From NCBI GenBank assembly GCA_004321715.1, contig SGYN01000008.1, forward strand, positions 3,940-67,939: a DNA stretch of 64,000 nt, read 5' to 3'. Of the stretch, positions 28,625 to 37,649 are shown piece after piece. How positions within the stretch are numbered: the first letter of the stretch is position 1; the number at the start of each line of letters is the position of its first letter. The stretch comes from a bacterium (GTDB lineage: Bacteria > Fidelibacterota > Marinisomatia > Marinisomatales > TCS55). The notes beneath the pieces were generated by a model. It searched no databases. It was not told where the DNA came from and saw only the letters and a program-made list of their open reading frames with translations. A program made the translations under genes and the position numbers.

Positions 28625-30715
28625 ATGAATAAATTAAAATTAAATATTTTATATGCTTTCCTTTTATTAGTAAATATAAATCTTACTGCTAGTGATAATG
28701 ATAGTTTATATTTTCAATTTGAGCCTGATTCCGTCAATTTAGAAATTGGAGATTCTATCAAAATTAAAGTATCACTACTAAAAAAAGATGGTTCTTTATC
28801 AAAAAATCAATTTCTTTTAACAGGAGAATGGAGATCTGTTGAAGTAAAGCCTTGGATCAGTAATTCAGATGGTATAGCTAATGTCCAATTAAAAGTGTTT
28901 AAACCTGGGTCATTTAATCTGAATGCATCCAGTATTACAGATGATCGATTTAAAAGAGTTCGTGGTAATTTATCAATTTTTGTACCTGCGCCTCCAATTG
29001 AAAAAGTTGGTTTTATAGATCCACCAAGCACTGCATATGAAAAAACAAGAATAAAGTTTTTGGCTAAAGTTTTAGATAAAGCTGGTGTATCAAGAAATGA
29101 TATTAAGCCAACTTTTGAGTCATCAAATAATTCAATAGCTAGCTTTGATGACTTTGGAAACCTCTCAATCAAACAAAGAGGTAGAGTTCAACTTAGTGTT
29201 TCTATAAGTAATCAAAGAAATAAAGTAATCTTTTCGGAAATAAATCTGCGTATCTTTAGAAATCCAGTAAGAAAGATTGAACTATCAATGAATGAAGGTT
29301 CATATCGTACAGGAGATGTGATCACTTTTAATGCACTAGCAAAAACTGCTTCTGGTAAAGAAATAACAGATGTTCCTATTGAATTTTCATTTACAGGGGA
29401 AGCAAATTATGGCATAGGTCTACCAGCAAGTGGCGTAGTTACACCTAATGGTAAATTTGTTGCTGAAAATCCTGGAGAATATACTATTTATGCAACTTCA
29501 AGTGGGTATACTTCATCACTTACTGTAAAAATAAAGCCTAGAAATATTCAAAAACGTGCAGAACTAATTGGACATGGGCTAATTACAGATGTTTTTACAT
29601 CTGATTTATGGGTATGGCAAGGTGTTGATGAATTTAGTGATAGAGATTTTGCTGTAACTGGAACTTGGGAAGCAAATGGAGAGGCTTATTTTTGGGAAGT
29701 TACAGATCCATCAAATTTAGTTATAATCGATACTGTAACAGTAGATGCGCGGACAGTAAATGATGTAAAAGTTTCTGCAGATGGACGGATAGGAGTTATA
29801 ACTAGAGAAGGTGCTTCAAGTAGAAAGAATGGTGTAGTAATTCTGGACGTAAGTGATCCATACAATGTAAAAATATTATCAGAATTTAATGATGGCCTTA
29901 CTGGAGGTGTTCATAATGCTTTTATTTATGAAAACCATGTATTTGCGGTTAATAATGGACGGAAATATGATATTATAAATATTTCTGATCCCACTAAACC
30001 GTGGCGTGTCAATAGTTATGAATTAAATACTCCCGGTCATAGTATTCATGATGTGTGGATTGAAAATGGAATCGCATATTCATCTAATTGGAGCGATGGA
30101 GTTCATGTTGTAGATATTGGAGGACTACAATTTTCGGAAGAAAATAGATATACCATTATGAATAATCCAATTTTACAATCAGCTGGAAAAGGAAGTGTAA
30201 GGAGCCCTGTATTAATGACATCAAAACATGATACTACAGGAAGAAACCATGCTGCCTTCCCCTTTTTAAGTGAATCTACAGGAAGTTTTTATGTAATCGC
30301 AGGTGATGAACATTTTCCCTTTGGTTTAGGAGAGATTCAAAATAAAGAGCCTGCAAATCCCAGAGGCGGTTATCATTTTTTAAATATGAATGACTATAAA
30401 AATCCTGTTGAAGAAGCAATTTACCAAGTTCCAGAAGCTGGATCGCACAATTTATGGGTTCAGGGTGACACCTTGTATACTGCATTTTATCAAGGTGGAT
30501 TACGAGTTGTTGATATATCAGGAGAGCTACTTGGCGATCTGTATAAACAAGGAAGAGAAATAGCTTTTTATTTATCTAATCATCCTGAGGGCCGCATTCC
30601 AAATGCAACAATGGTTTGGGGACCACAACCTTATAAAAGTTATATCTTTTTTGCTGATATGAATAGTGGACTGTATGCAGTAAAGCTAGTGAATTTTGAA
30701 GATAATGAAGATTAG
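28625..30715 (+). CDS. secreted protein: N-terminal bacterial Ig-like (Big_2-type) repeats + C-terminal LVIVD-repeat beta-propeller
   Basis: Signal peptide. Repeated V.P....L..G-type Ig-like segments in the N-terminal ~300 aa. LVIVD-type repeats GVVILDVSDP, YDIINISDP, GVHVVDIGG, GLRVVDISG, GLYAVKLV. Confidence 0.65.
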   Translation: MNKLKLNILYAFLLLVNINLTASDNDSLYFQFEPDSVNLEIGDSIKIKVSLLKKDGSLSKNQFLLTGEWRSVEVKPWISNSDGIANVQLKVFKPGSFNLNASSITDDRFKRVRGNLSIFVPAPPIEKVGFIDPPSTAYEKTRIKFLAKVLDKAGVSRNDIKPTFESSNNSIASFDDFGNLSIKQRGRVQLSVSISNQRNKVIFSEINLRIFRNPVRKIELSMNEGSYRTGDVITFNALAKTASGKEITDVPIEFSFTGEANYGIGLPASGVVTPNGKFVAENPGEYTIYATSSGYTSSLTVKIKPRNIQKRAELIGHGLITDVFTSDLWVWQGVDEFSDRDFAVTGTWEANGEAYFWEVTDPSNLVIIDTVTVDARTVNDVKVSADGRIGVITREGASSRKNGVVILDVSDPYNVKILSEFNDGLTGGVHNAFIYENHVFAVNNGRKYDIINISDPTKPWRVNSYELNTPGHSIHDVWIENGIAYSSNWSDGVHVVDIGGLQFSEENRYTIMNNPILQSAGKGSVRSPVLMTSKHDTTGRNHAAFPFLSESTGSFYVIAGDEHFPFGLGEIQNKEPANPRGGYHFLNMNDYKNPVEEAIYQVPEAGSHNLWVQGDTLYTAFYQGGLRVVDISGELLGDLYKQGREIAFYLSNHPEGRIPNATMVWGPQPYKSYIFFADMNSGLYAVKLVNFEDNED

Positions 30716-30726
30716 TTTATTTAAAC

Positions 30727-31821
30727 ATGCTGATTTTTAGAATACTACTAGCTGTAATAATATTATTAGGTACAATAAAAGGAAGAGAATATTTTGTTTA
30801 TGTAACATCTGAATCTCAAGATGAAGTGCATCTAATTAAGTTTGATGGAAATAATGGGAAAATAATAAAAGATATTCCTGTAGGCGTATGGCCTTTAGAA
30901 ATTGAAGGTCCACATGGAATTACGGTATCACCAAATGGAAAATACTGGTATTTGTCATTAGCGCATGGCTTTCCATATGGACATGTTTATAAATATGAAA
31001 CAGGAACGGATAAGCTTATTGATCGTGTGGAGTTGGGCTTATTTCCAGCTACAATGCAAATCTCAAATGCAACAGGTCTTCTGTATGTAGTAAATTTTAA
31101 TCTTCATGGTGAACACGAACCTAGTACCATATCTATTGTTGATCCTGAGGAAATGATTGAAGTAAATCGAATTGAAACTGGTATCATGCCTCACGGTTCA
31201 AGAATAACTAATGATGGATTAAAACAATATTCAGTAGCAATGATGTCAGGAACTTTATATGAACTTGATGTCCTCCAATTTGAAATAAGTAGAACCTTAT
31301 TTACTGGGACTAGTAAACATAAGCACATGACGCATTCAATAGGTTCCATGAAACATAGAAATATGAAATCACATAAAATGCCAAAAGAAAAACCAACATG
31401 GGTATACCCACATCCAAACGATAAATATTTATATGTAGTAAATAATGGTATAGATAATGTTGTTGAAATTGATTTAAATAAGTGGGCTATTTCAAGAAAA
31501 TTCAATACCGATAAAGGTCCATATAATTGTGAAGTTAGTCTAAATGGAAAATATTTAGTTATTACATATAAATCAGCAGGAAAAACAGGTGTTTGGGATT
31601 TAAAATCAGGAATTGAATTAGCACGGATTAAAAACACAAGAAGAGTTACCCATGGAGTAGTGATATCTCCTGATAGTAAATATGCATTTGTTTCTGTTGA
31701 AGGTATTCGTGGAGAACCAGGCTCTGTTGATATTATAGATTTAGAAAACCTTATTTTAGTTGACCATATTGAAGTTGGTAAACAAGCCGGCGGAATAGCT
31801 TTTTGGAAAATGTCTGATTAA
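30727..31821 (+). CDS. secreted YVTN/YncE-type beta-propeller protein with a His/Met/Lys-rich insert
   Basis: Signal peptide. Blade motifs PHGITVSPNGKYWYLS, MPHGSRITNDGLKQY, GPYNCEVSLNGKYLVIT, THGVVISPDSKYAFVS. Insert SKHKHMTHSIGSMKHRNMKSHKMPKEKP. Confidence 0.65.
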   Translation: MLIFRILLAVIILLGTIKGREYFVYVTSESQDEVHLIKFDGNNGKIIKDIPVGVWPLEIEGPHGITVSPNGKYWYLSLAHGFPYGHVYKYETGTDKLIDRVELGLFPATMQISNATGLLYVVNFNLHGEHEPSTISIVDPEEMIEVNRIETGIMPHGSRITNDGLKQYSVAMMSGTLYELDVLQFEISRTLFTGTSKHKHMTHSIGSMKHRNMKSHKMPKEKPTWVYPHPNDKYLYVVNNGIDNVVEIDLNKWAISRKFNTDKGPYNCEVSLNGKYLVITYKSAGKTGVWDLKSGIELARIKNTRRVTHGVVISPDSKYAFVSVEGIRGEPGSVDIIDLENLILVDHIEVGKQAGGIAFWKMSD

Positions 31822-31824
31822 CTC

Positions 31825-32304
31825 TTACTGATTACGATATTTTTTTCTCCAATAAAATAATATTATTATTCCAATGATATTTGGGAACCATATAAATGGA
31901 TTGCTCCACGGAATTCCATCAAAATAAAAATCTGAGAAAGGGTAAAAAAGCTTGGTTGGAAAATATTCTTTTGAATGAAAAGGAAAATCCAACAAAATAT
32001 GAAACGGCCAGCCTAGCATTGCAAATGCATAATTTTTATTAAAGTAGTAGACAATTGCTATTATCGAAAAGGCGGTTACATAACTATGGAAAATATTATA
32101 GGATAAAAAAACCCAATCTGGTAGTGTATCTAAAGGAGGTGGTCCCCCTCCAAATTCAGGAATATTCCCGGTAATTATATTCACAATTATTAATGCGCCA
32201 AAAGATGCTAAATCTGGCATTGCTCCAAAAAACAAAGCAATCCAAGGCATACCTCGATAACCGAATAATCCTTTTCCCCATAGTGCATGACTTAATGTAT
32301 CCAT
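31825..32304 (-). CDS. membrane-bound metal-dependent hydrolase-like protein (DUF457/YdjM-like)
   Basis: MDTLSHALWG opening, four hydrophobic helices, HILLDFPFH His cluster. Tentative. Confidence 0.5.
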   Translation of the reverse strand: MDTLSHALWGKGLFGYRGMPWIALFFGAMPDLASFGALIIVNIITGNIPEFGGGPPPLDTLPDWVFLSYNIFHSYVTAFSIIAIVYYFNKNYAFAMLGWPFHILLDFPFHSKEYFPTKLFYPFSDFYFDGIPWSNPFIWFPNIIGIIILFYWRKKYRNQ

Positions 32305-32403
32305 TATAATATTTGATCAATTAATAGAATAGTTCATAAAGAAGTATAGTTAAATTTACAATATGGGAAGTAAAAATTAATTTTAATTGTTTAATCATTA
32401 TCA

Positions 32404-33285
32404 GTGAATAAAATAAAATGTAATTCGATGGTTGATCCATTGCGCAGGGTAATTATGAAAAGCCCCAATTTAGCATGGAAAAATACAAACAATATAAAGA
32501 AGTATTGGAAAGATTTGCATTTTACATCAGAGCCTAAATTTGATAAAGCAGTTTTTCAATACAATAAACTAATCGCTCTTATCGAATCATTTGGTATTGA
32601 AATACTAATGCTACCAAAAGATGATCAAACAGATCTAGACTCTATATATACCCATGATGCGGGTATTGCTACATCAAGAGGAATTGTAATTTGCAATATG
32701 GGTAAAAAGACAAGAAAGAATGAAACAAAAGCACTAAAGAGTTTTCTGACTCAGAATAATATATCAATAATTGGAGAAATAAAATATCCGGGAATCATTG
32801 AAGGCGGAGATGTTATTTGGATAAATGAACATACAATTGCAGTTGGTGAGGGATATAGAACAAATAAAGAAGGAATAGAGCAGTTGAAGGAGATACTTGG
32901 TGCCGAGGTAGATCATATAATATCAGTACCCCTCCCCCATTACCTTGGTCCTGAAAATTGCCTACACCTAATGAGTAATGTGAGTCCAATTGATCAAAAT
33001 CTTTTTTTAATTTATCCAAAACTATTACCTGCAAAATTTATAGAGTTTTTAAAAAGTGTAAATATTAAACTAATCAATGTGCCCGATGAAGAATACGAAT
33101 CAATGGCATGCAATGTATTATCATTAGCTCCAAAAAAATGCATTATGATGTCAGGCAATCCCATTACAAAATTACTATTAGAATCAAATAATGTAGAGGT
33201 TTTCACCTATGATGGATCAGAAATTTCATTGAAAGGTGCAGGAGGACCAACCTGCTTAACAAGACCTATATATCGCCAAAGATAA
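32404..33285 (+). CDS. guanidino-group-modifying enzyme, dimethylarginine dimethylaminohydrolase/arginine deiminase-like
   Basis: C-terminal nucleophile motif LKGAGGPTCLTRPI. IEGGDVIW. About 290 aa, typical of DDAH-like proteins. The start is uncertain (GTG 32404, ATG 32428 or ATG 32455). Confidence 0.6.
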   Translation: MNKIKCNSMVDPLRRVIMKSPNLAWKNTNNIKKYWKDLHFTSEPKFDKAVFQYNKLIALIESFGIEILMLPKDDQTDLDSIYTHDAGIATSRGIVICNMGKKTRKNETKALKSFLTQNNISIIGEIKYPGIIEGGDVIWINEHTIAVGEGYRTNKEGIEQLKEILGAEVDHIISVPLPHYLGPENCLHLMSNVSPIDQNLFLIYPKLLPAKFIEFLKSVNIKLINVPDEEYESMACNVLSLAPKKCIMMSGNPITKLLLESNNVEVFTYDGSEISLKGAGGPTCLTRPIYRQR

Positions 33286-33286
33286 A

Positions 33287-34516
33287 ATGCCATATAAAAA
33301 TAATTTTACTGCGCAGACTCAATTAAAATTATCTCCTTTCTTTGAGCGAACTTCTAAACTAAATGAATCCCAAGAATGGCGTAGATGGGCTGGATACCTT
33401 GCTGCAACAAGCTATGAATTGACTCATGAAAATGAGTACTTTGCAATTAGAACAAAAGCAGGCCTCTTAGATATAACACCATTAAAGAAATACATAGTGG
33501 AAGGACCCGAATCAGAGAAATTATTAAATCAATTAGTAACACGTAATATTGCTATTTGTAAAGTAGGGCAAGTTATGTATACGCCTTGGTGTGATGAAGA
33601 TGGTAAAGTTATCGATGATGGAACAATACAGAGACTCTCCAAAGATAAATTTCGAATTACAAGTGCAGAACCAAATCTGGAATGGATTCAAAGTAATGCG
33701 ATAGGAATGGATGTAAATGTTAAGGATGATTCATTCTCAACAGCAGCTCTAGCTCTACAAGGCCCTAATTCTCGCGCAATTCTTAATTCTATCTCGACTA
33801 ATAATTTGGATAAACTAAGGTTTTTTTGGATGATGGAAACAACCTTTGGTAATATTCCCGTATCTATTTCACGAACTGGATATACTGGTGATTTAGGATA
33901 TGAAATATGGATCAATCCAAATGATGCATTGAAAGTTTGGGATCTATTAATGGATAAAGGGAAATCTTTTGGTATTACGCCTACCGGGCTTCATGCATTG
34001 GATATTGCAAGAATAGAAGCAGGATTGATTCTTTTAGATGTCGACTATATATCATCAAGACATGCTCTAATAGAATCTCGAAAATCATCACCATATGAAT
34101 TAGGATTAGGCTGGGCAGTCAAAATGAATAAGAATGATTTCATTGGTAAATCATCATTGCAAAAAGAATTAAATCATGCGTCCAACTGGAGTTTTGTAGG
34201 TGTTGAAATAGAATGGCTAGAATTTGAAAAACACTACAGAGAAGTGGGCCTAGCTCCAGGATTACCACAAACAGCATGGAGAACAAGCACTCCATTATAT
34301 TATAAAAATGAACAAATAGGGTATGCTACAAGCGGTACATGGTCACCTCTTCTGAAGCGCTATATTGCTTTAGCCCATCTAAAATCTACCTATGCTCAAA
34401 AAGGATCCAAATTAATGTTCGAATTAAAAGTCGAACATTTTCGAAAACTTACAAAAGCTACTGTAGTTAAAACTCCTTTTTATAATCCCGAAAGAAAACG
34501 ATCATGTCCAAAATAA
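33287..34516 (+). CDS. GcvT-family aminomethyltransferase (folate-dependent)
   Basis: YFAIRTKAGLLDITPLKKYIVEGPESEKLL, VIDDGTIQRLSKDKFRITS, RTGYTGDLGYEIW: GcvT N- and C-domain motifs. Confidence 0.8.
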   Translation: MPYKNNFTAQTQLKLSPFFERTSKLNESQEWRRWAGYLAATSYELTHENEYFAIRTKAGLLDITPLKKYIVEGPESEKLLNQLVTRNIAICKVGQVMYTPWCDEDGKVIDDGTIQRLSKDKFRITSAEPNLEWIQSNAIGMDVNVKDDSFSTAALALQGPNSRAILNSISTNNLDKLRFFWMMETTFGNIPVSISRTGYTGDLGYEIWINPNDALKVWDLLMDKGKSFGITPTGLHALDIARIEAGLILLDVDYISSRHALIESRKSSPYELGLGWAVKMNKNDFIGKSSLQKELNHASNWSFVGVEIEWLEFEKHYREVGLAPGLPQTAWRTSTPLYYKNEQIGYATSGTWSPLLKRYIALAHLKSTYAQKGSKLMFELKVEHFRKLTKATVVKTPFYNPERKRSCPK

Positions 34517-36084
34517 ATAAATATGATGCAATAATAATTGGTGGTGGTCATAATGGGCTTACGGCTGCTGCTTACTTGGGTCGATCCGGCAAAAAAGTTC
34601 TAGTACTTGAAAGAAGACACGTGCTTGGTGGTGCTGCAGTTACAGAAGAAGTTTACCCAGGATTTAAGTTTTCAGTATGCTCTTATGTTGTCAGTTTAAT
34701 GAAGTCCAATGTTATGCGTGAATTGATGTTACCAAAGTTTGGACTGGAGCTTCTTCCTCTCGAAAGCACAATGACTCCATTAGAAAATGATTATCTTATT
34801 CGAACAGCTGATTCCGATCAAACATACCGTGAAATAGCGCGTCATTCAAAAAAAGATGCAGAAAATTATATGCGATTTGGACCTGCCATGGGACAAATTG
34901 GTATGGCTGTCAGACCCATACTTGAAACAATTGCTCCTAATCCAATTCGACCATCATTATCAGATCTTTCTGCAACGAAAAAATTGTTAGATCATGTTAA
35001 ATCACTAACATCAAAACAGTTTGAATATTTAACAAAACTTATGACAATGAGTTCAGCAGATTTTTTAGATGAATGGTTTGAGTACGAACCATTAAAAGCA
35101 ACAATGTCAGCAAGTGGAATTATTGGTACGTTTATGGGTCCCCGCTCGCCAGGATCTGCTTATGTAATGCTCCATCACTATATGGGAGATATTGATGGTG
35201 CTTATAGGGCATGGGGTTTTCAACGTGGTGGTACGGGTGGTGTAAGTATGGCAATTGCCAGATCTGCAGAACATTTTGGTGTTGATATAATGACAGAAAT
35301 GTCTGTCCAAAAAGTTATTGTTAAGAATGGTCGTGCTATCGGTGTTGCTTTAGATAATGGCGATGAATATAATTCAAGTATAGTTATTTCTGCACTAGAT
35401 CCAAAACTTACTTTTCTAAATATGATTGATGAATCAGAACTCCCACCGGATTTTGTTTCCGCAATCAAGAATTTTCGAATCCGAGGATCTTCTGGGAAAG
35501 TAAATTTAGCTCTTGATGCGCTGCCTGATTTCTCGTGCCTCCCCGGTGATGGGCGCCATTTGCGTGGCGCAATTTCAATTAGTCCATCGTATGATCATTT
35601 GGAAAAAGCATATGATGATGCAAAGTATGGTAATTTTTCAGAAGCGCCATTTATGGATATCATACTTCCTTCTGTTTTGGACCCTGATATGGCTCCACCA
35701 GGTAAGCATGTTATGTCATGTTTTGTTCAATATGCACCATACCATATTAACGGAGGTTGGAATGATCAAAAAAGAGAGGATTTTGGGGACGCGGTGATTA
35801 ATACGATTTCAAGATATGCACCAAATATCAAAGATATTATCTTGCATCGCCAAGTACTAACACCTGCAGACCTAGAATCAACATTTGGTTTAACCGAAGG
35901 GAATATTTTTCATGGCGAACTAACTCTTCAACAATTATTCTCGCTGAGACCTGCGGTGAAATGGGCTGATTATACTACACCAATCAAAAATTATTTCCAA
36001 TGTGGTTCAGGAACACACCCTGGGGGCGGCATTACAGGATCTCCAGGTGAAATGGCTGCAAAAAAGATTTTAGGATCTTGGTAA
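34504..36084 (+). CDS. FAD-dependent oxidoreductase, phytoene-desaturase-related (COG1233 / PYROXD2-like), copy 1
   Basis: YDAIIIGGGHNGLTAAAYLGRSGKKVLVLERRHVLGGAAVTEE dinucleotide-binding motif. C-terminal CGSGTHPGGGITG. Overlaps the upstream gene by 13 nt. Confidence 0.8.
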   Translation: MSKINKYDAIIIGGGHNGLTAAAYLGRSGKKVLVLERRHVLGGAAVTEEVYPGFKFSVCSYVVSLMKSNVMRELMLPKFGLELLPLESTMTPLENDYLIRTADSDQTYREIARHSKKDAENYMRFGPAMGQIGMAVRPILETIAPNPIRPSLSDLSATKKLLDHVKSLTSKQFEYLTKLMTMSSADFLDEWFEYEPLKATMSASGIIGTFMGPRSPGSAYVMLHHYMGDIDGAYRAWGFQRGGTGGVSMAIARSAEHFGVDIMTEMSVQKVIVKNGRAIGVALDNGDEYNSSIVISALDPKLTFLNMIDESELPPDFVSAIKNFRIRGSSGKVNLALDALPDFSCLPGDGRHLRGAISISPSYDHLEKAYDDAKYGNFSEAPFMDIILPSVLDPDMAPPGKHVMSCFVQYAPYHINGGWNDQKREDFGDAVINTISRYAPNIKDIILHRQVLTPADLESTFGLTEGNIFHGELTLQQLFSLRPAVKWADYTTPIKNYFQCGSGTHPGGGITGSPGEMAAKKILGSW

Positions 36085-37649
36085 TGAAAACTTATGATGT
36101 AATTGTAATTGGTGCTGGTATAAATGGATTAGTTACTGCATCTATTTTAGGAAAGAAAGGAAAGCGTGTCCTCATTTTAGAATCAAGAGATAAAATTGGT
36201 GGTATAGCTTCCTCAATGGAATTTACTCCTGGATTTACATGTAATGTCGTTCATGATACTATTAAATGGATAGATCCTCGCTTAATGAAGATATTAGATT
36301 TAGATACTAATGGTTTGCAATTAGTAGAACCTGAAATACTTAGAGTTAATCTTGGAGATAATAGTGAGCATATTACGTTCTATAGAGATATAGATAAAAC
36401 TATCAATTCAATTGCAAAATATTCTAAAAAGGATTCTAAAAGATGGGAAGATTTTATCTCTTATATAAAAAAATTATCTCAGTTTTTAGAAAAACTTTAT
36501 GAGTTACCCCCCCCCGTTTTACCAAATTTAGGAATAAAAGAAGTTTTAGGAATGCGATCCTTATTATCCCCAATTAGGAAACATGGATCTCAAGGTGTTG
36601 TGGATCTATTACGTGTTGCCCCAATGATGATGCCTGAATTAGCTGATGAATGGTTTGAAAATGAATTACTCCGAAGCTGTATATCCACTGCTGGGATACA
36701 CCATCTATCATTTGGTCCTTATGCGGCAGGAACAGGATATAATCTTTTACATCAACATGTCCATAGCAATGGATTATTCCATAATATTAAATTTGTAAAA
36801 GGAGGAATAGAACAATTTGCTACAGTTTTAAAAGAAGTTGCTGAAAGATTTAATGTAGAAATTCAAACATCTGCAAAAGTTATATCAATAAATACTGATC
36901 AAAATGTATGTAATGGTGTTACGCTTGAAAGTGGAAAGAAAATTACGGCAAAACAAATTGTCTCTGCATTAGATCCTAATAATACATTTTTTAATCTGGT
37001 TGGTCCATCAAACTTAACCCCAGACTTTAGAACGCAGATAAATAATATTAGATATCGTGGAAGCACAGCGCGAGTACATTTTGCTTTAAATAAGCTGCCA
37101 GTAGTTAAAGGTGTTAATAATGAACATTTAAAAACAGTTTTTTCAATCAGTCCATCAATAGAATATTTGGAGCGCGCTTCTGATGCTGCAAAATATGGTC
37201 AAATTCCTGATAATCCTTACATAGAGTTTGTAATACCATCCTTATTAGAATCAAATTTTGCCCCGAAAGATAAACATGTTCTTTCGGCAACAATACAATA
37301 TGCTCCATATCATTTAAGAGATACTGAATGGTCTGACAGTATAAAAGATCAATTAAAGAATAATATTGTAGACACATTAGAAAAAGTGATCCCAAATATT
37401 AGATCAATCATTAAACACACTTACATTTTATCACCATTAGATTTAGAAAATGAATTTGGAATAACTGAGGGGAATTTGAATCATGGTGAAATGACACTAG
37501 ATCAGTTTATGTTTATGCGTCCAACTATAAGTTCATCCCAATATAGAACCCCAATCAATAATTTATTTATATGTGGTCCAGGAACACATCCAGGTGGTGG
37601 ACTTCATGGTACAAATGGATATAATGCAGCTATGGAGATATTAAAATAA
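36084..37649 (+). CDS. FAD-dependent oxidoreductase, phytoene-desaturase-related (PYROXD2-like), copy 2
   Basis: YDVIVIGAGINGLVTASILGKKGKRVLILESRDKIGG and C-terminal CGPGTHPGGGLHG. I prefer ATG 36084 (TAATG overlap with the upstream stop) over the ORF-track TTG at 36078. Confidence 0.8.
   Translation: MKTYDVIVIGAGINGLVTASILGKKGKRVLILESRDKIGGIASSMEFTPGFTCNVVHDTIKWIDPRLMKILDLDTNGLQLVEPEILRVNLGDNSEHITFYRDIDKTINSIAKYSKKDSKRWEDFISYIKKLSQFLEKLYELPPPVLPNLGIKEVLGMRSLLSPIRKHGSQGVVDLLRVAPMMMPELADEWFENELLRSCISTAGIHHLSFGPYAAGTGYNLLHQHVHSNGLFHNIKFVKGGIEQFATVLKEVAERFNVEIQTSAKVISINTDQNVCNGVTLESGKKITAKQIVSALDPNNTFFNLVGPSNLTPDFRTQINNIRYRGSTARVHFALNKLPVVKGVNNEHLKTVFSISPSIEYLERASDAAKYGQIPDNPYIEFVIPSLLESNFAPKDKHVLSATIQYAPYHLRDTEWSDSIKDQLKNNIVDTLEKVIPNIRSIIKHTYILSPLDLENEFGITEGNLNHGEMTLDQFMFMRPTISSSQYRTPINNLFICGPGTHPGGGLHGTNGYNAAMEILK

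Noticed and set aside
31191-31637. 148-aa antisense ORF inside the YVTN propeller gene. Similar antisense or out-of-frame ORFs occur at 2648-2902, 3839-4024, 4168-4359, 9329-9514, 14673-14855, 15636-16032, 16917-17174, 17545-17727, 19087-19281, 20882-21619, 26801-27016, 27944-28237, 28807-29172, 30276-30485, 32813-33206, 33688-33915, 35107-35797, 37147-37395, 40286-40522, 41060-41254, 41500-41715, 42900-43088, 44540-44731, 45109-45300, 47156-48296, 50331-51041, 53043-53252, 53900-54157, 57018-57347, 59730-59924, 60872-61156, 61570-61788 and 62407-62610.
   Set aside because: All lie wholly inside longer ORFs that carry clear family motifs. They have low-complexity or odd composition and no RBS or motif support. 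They are the expected by-product of long stop-free stretches opposite real genes.
36078-36083. TTG start for the second flavoprotein gene (MVMKTYD...)
   Set aside because: ATG at 36084 gives the standard MKTYDVIVIGAG opening and forms a TAATG stop/start overlap, like the next junction at 37649.
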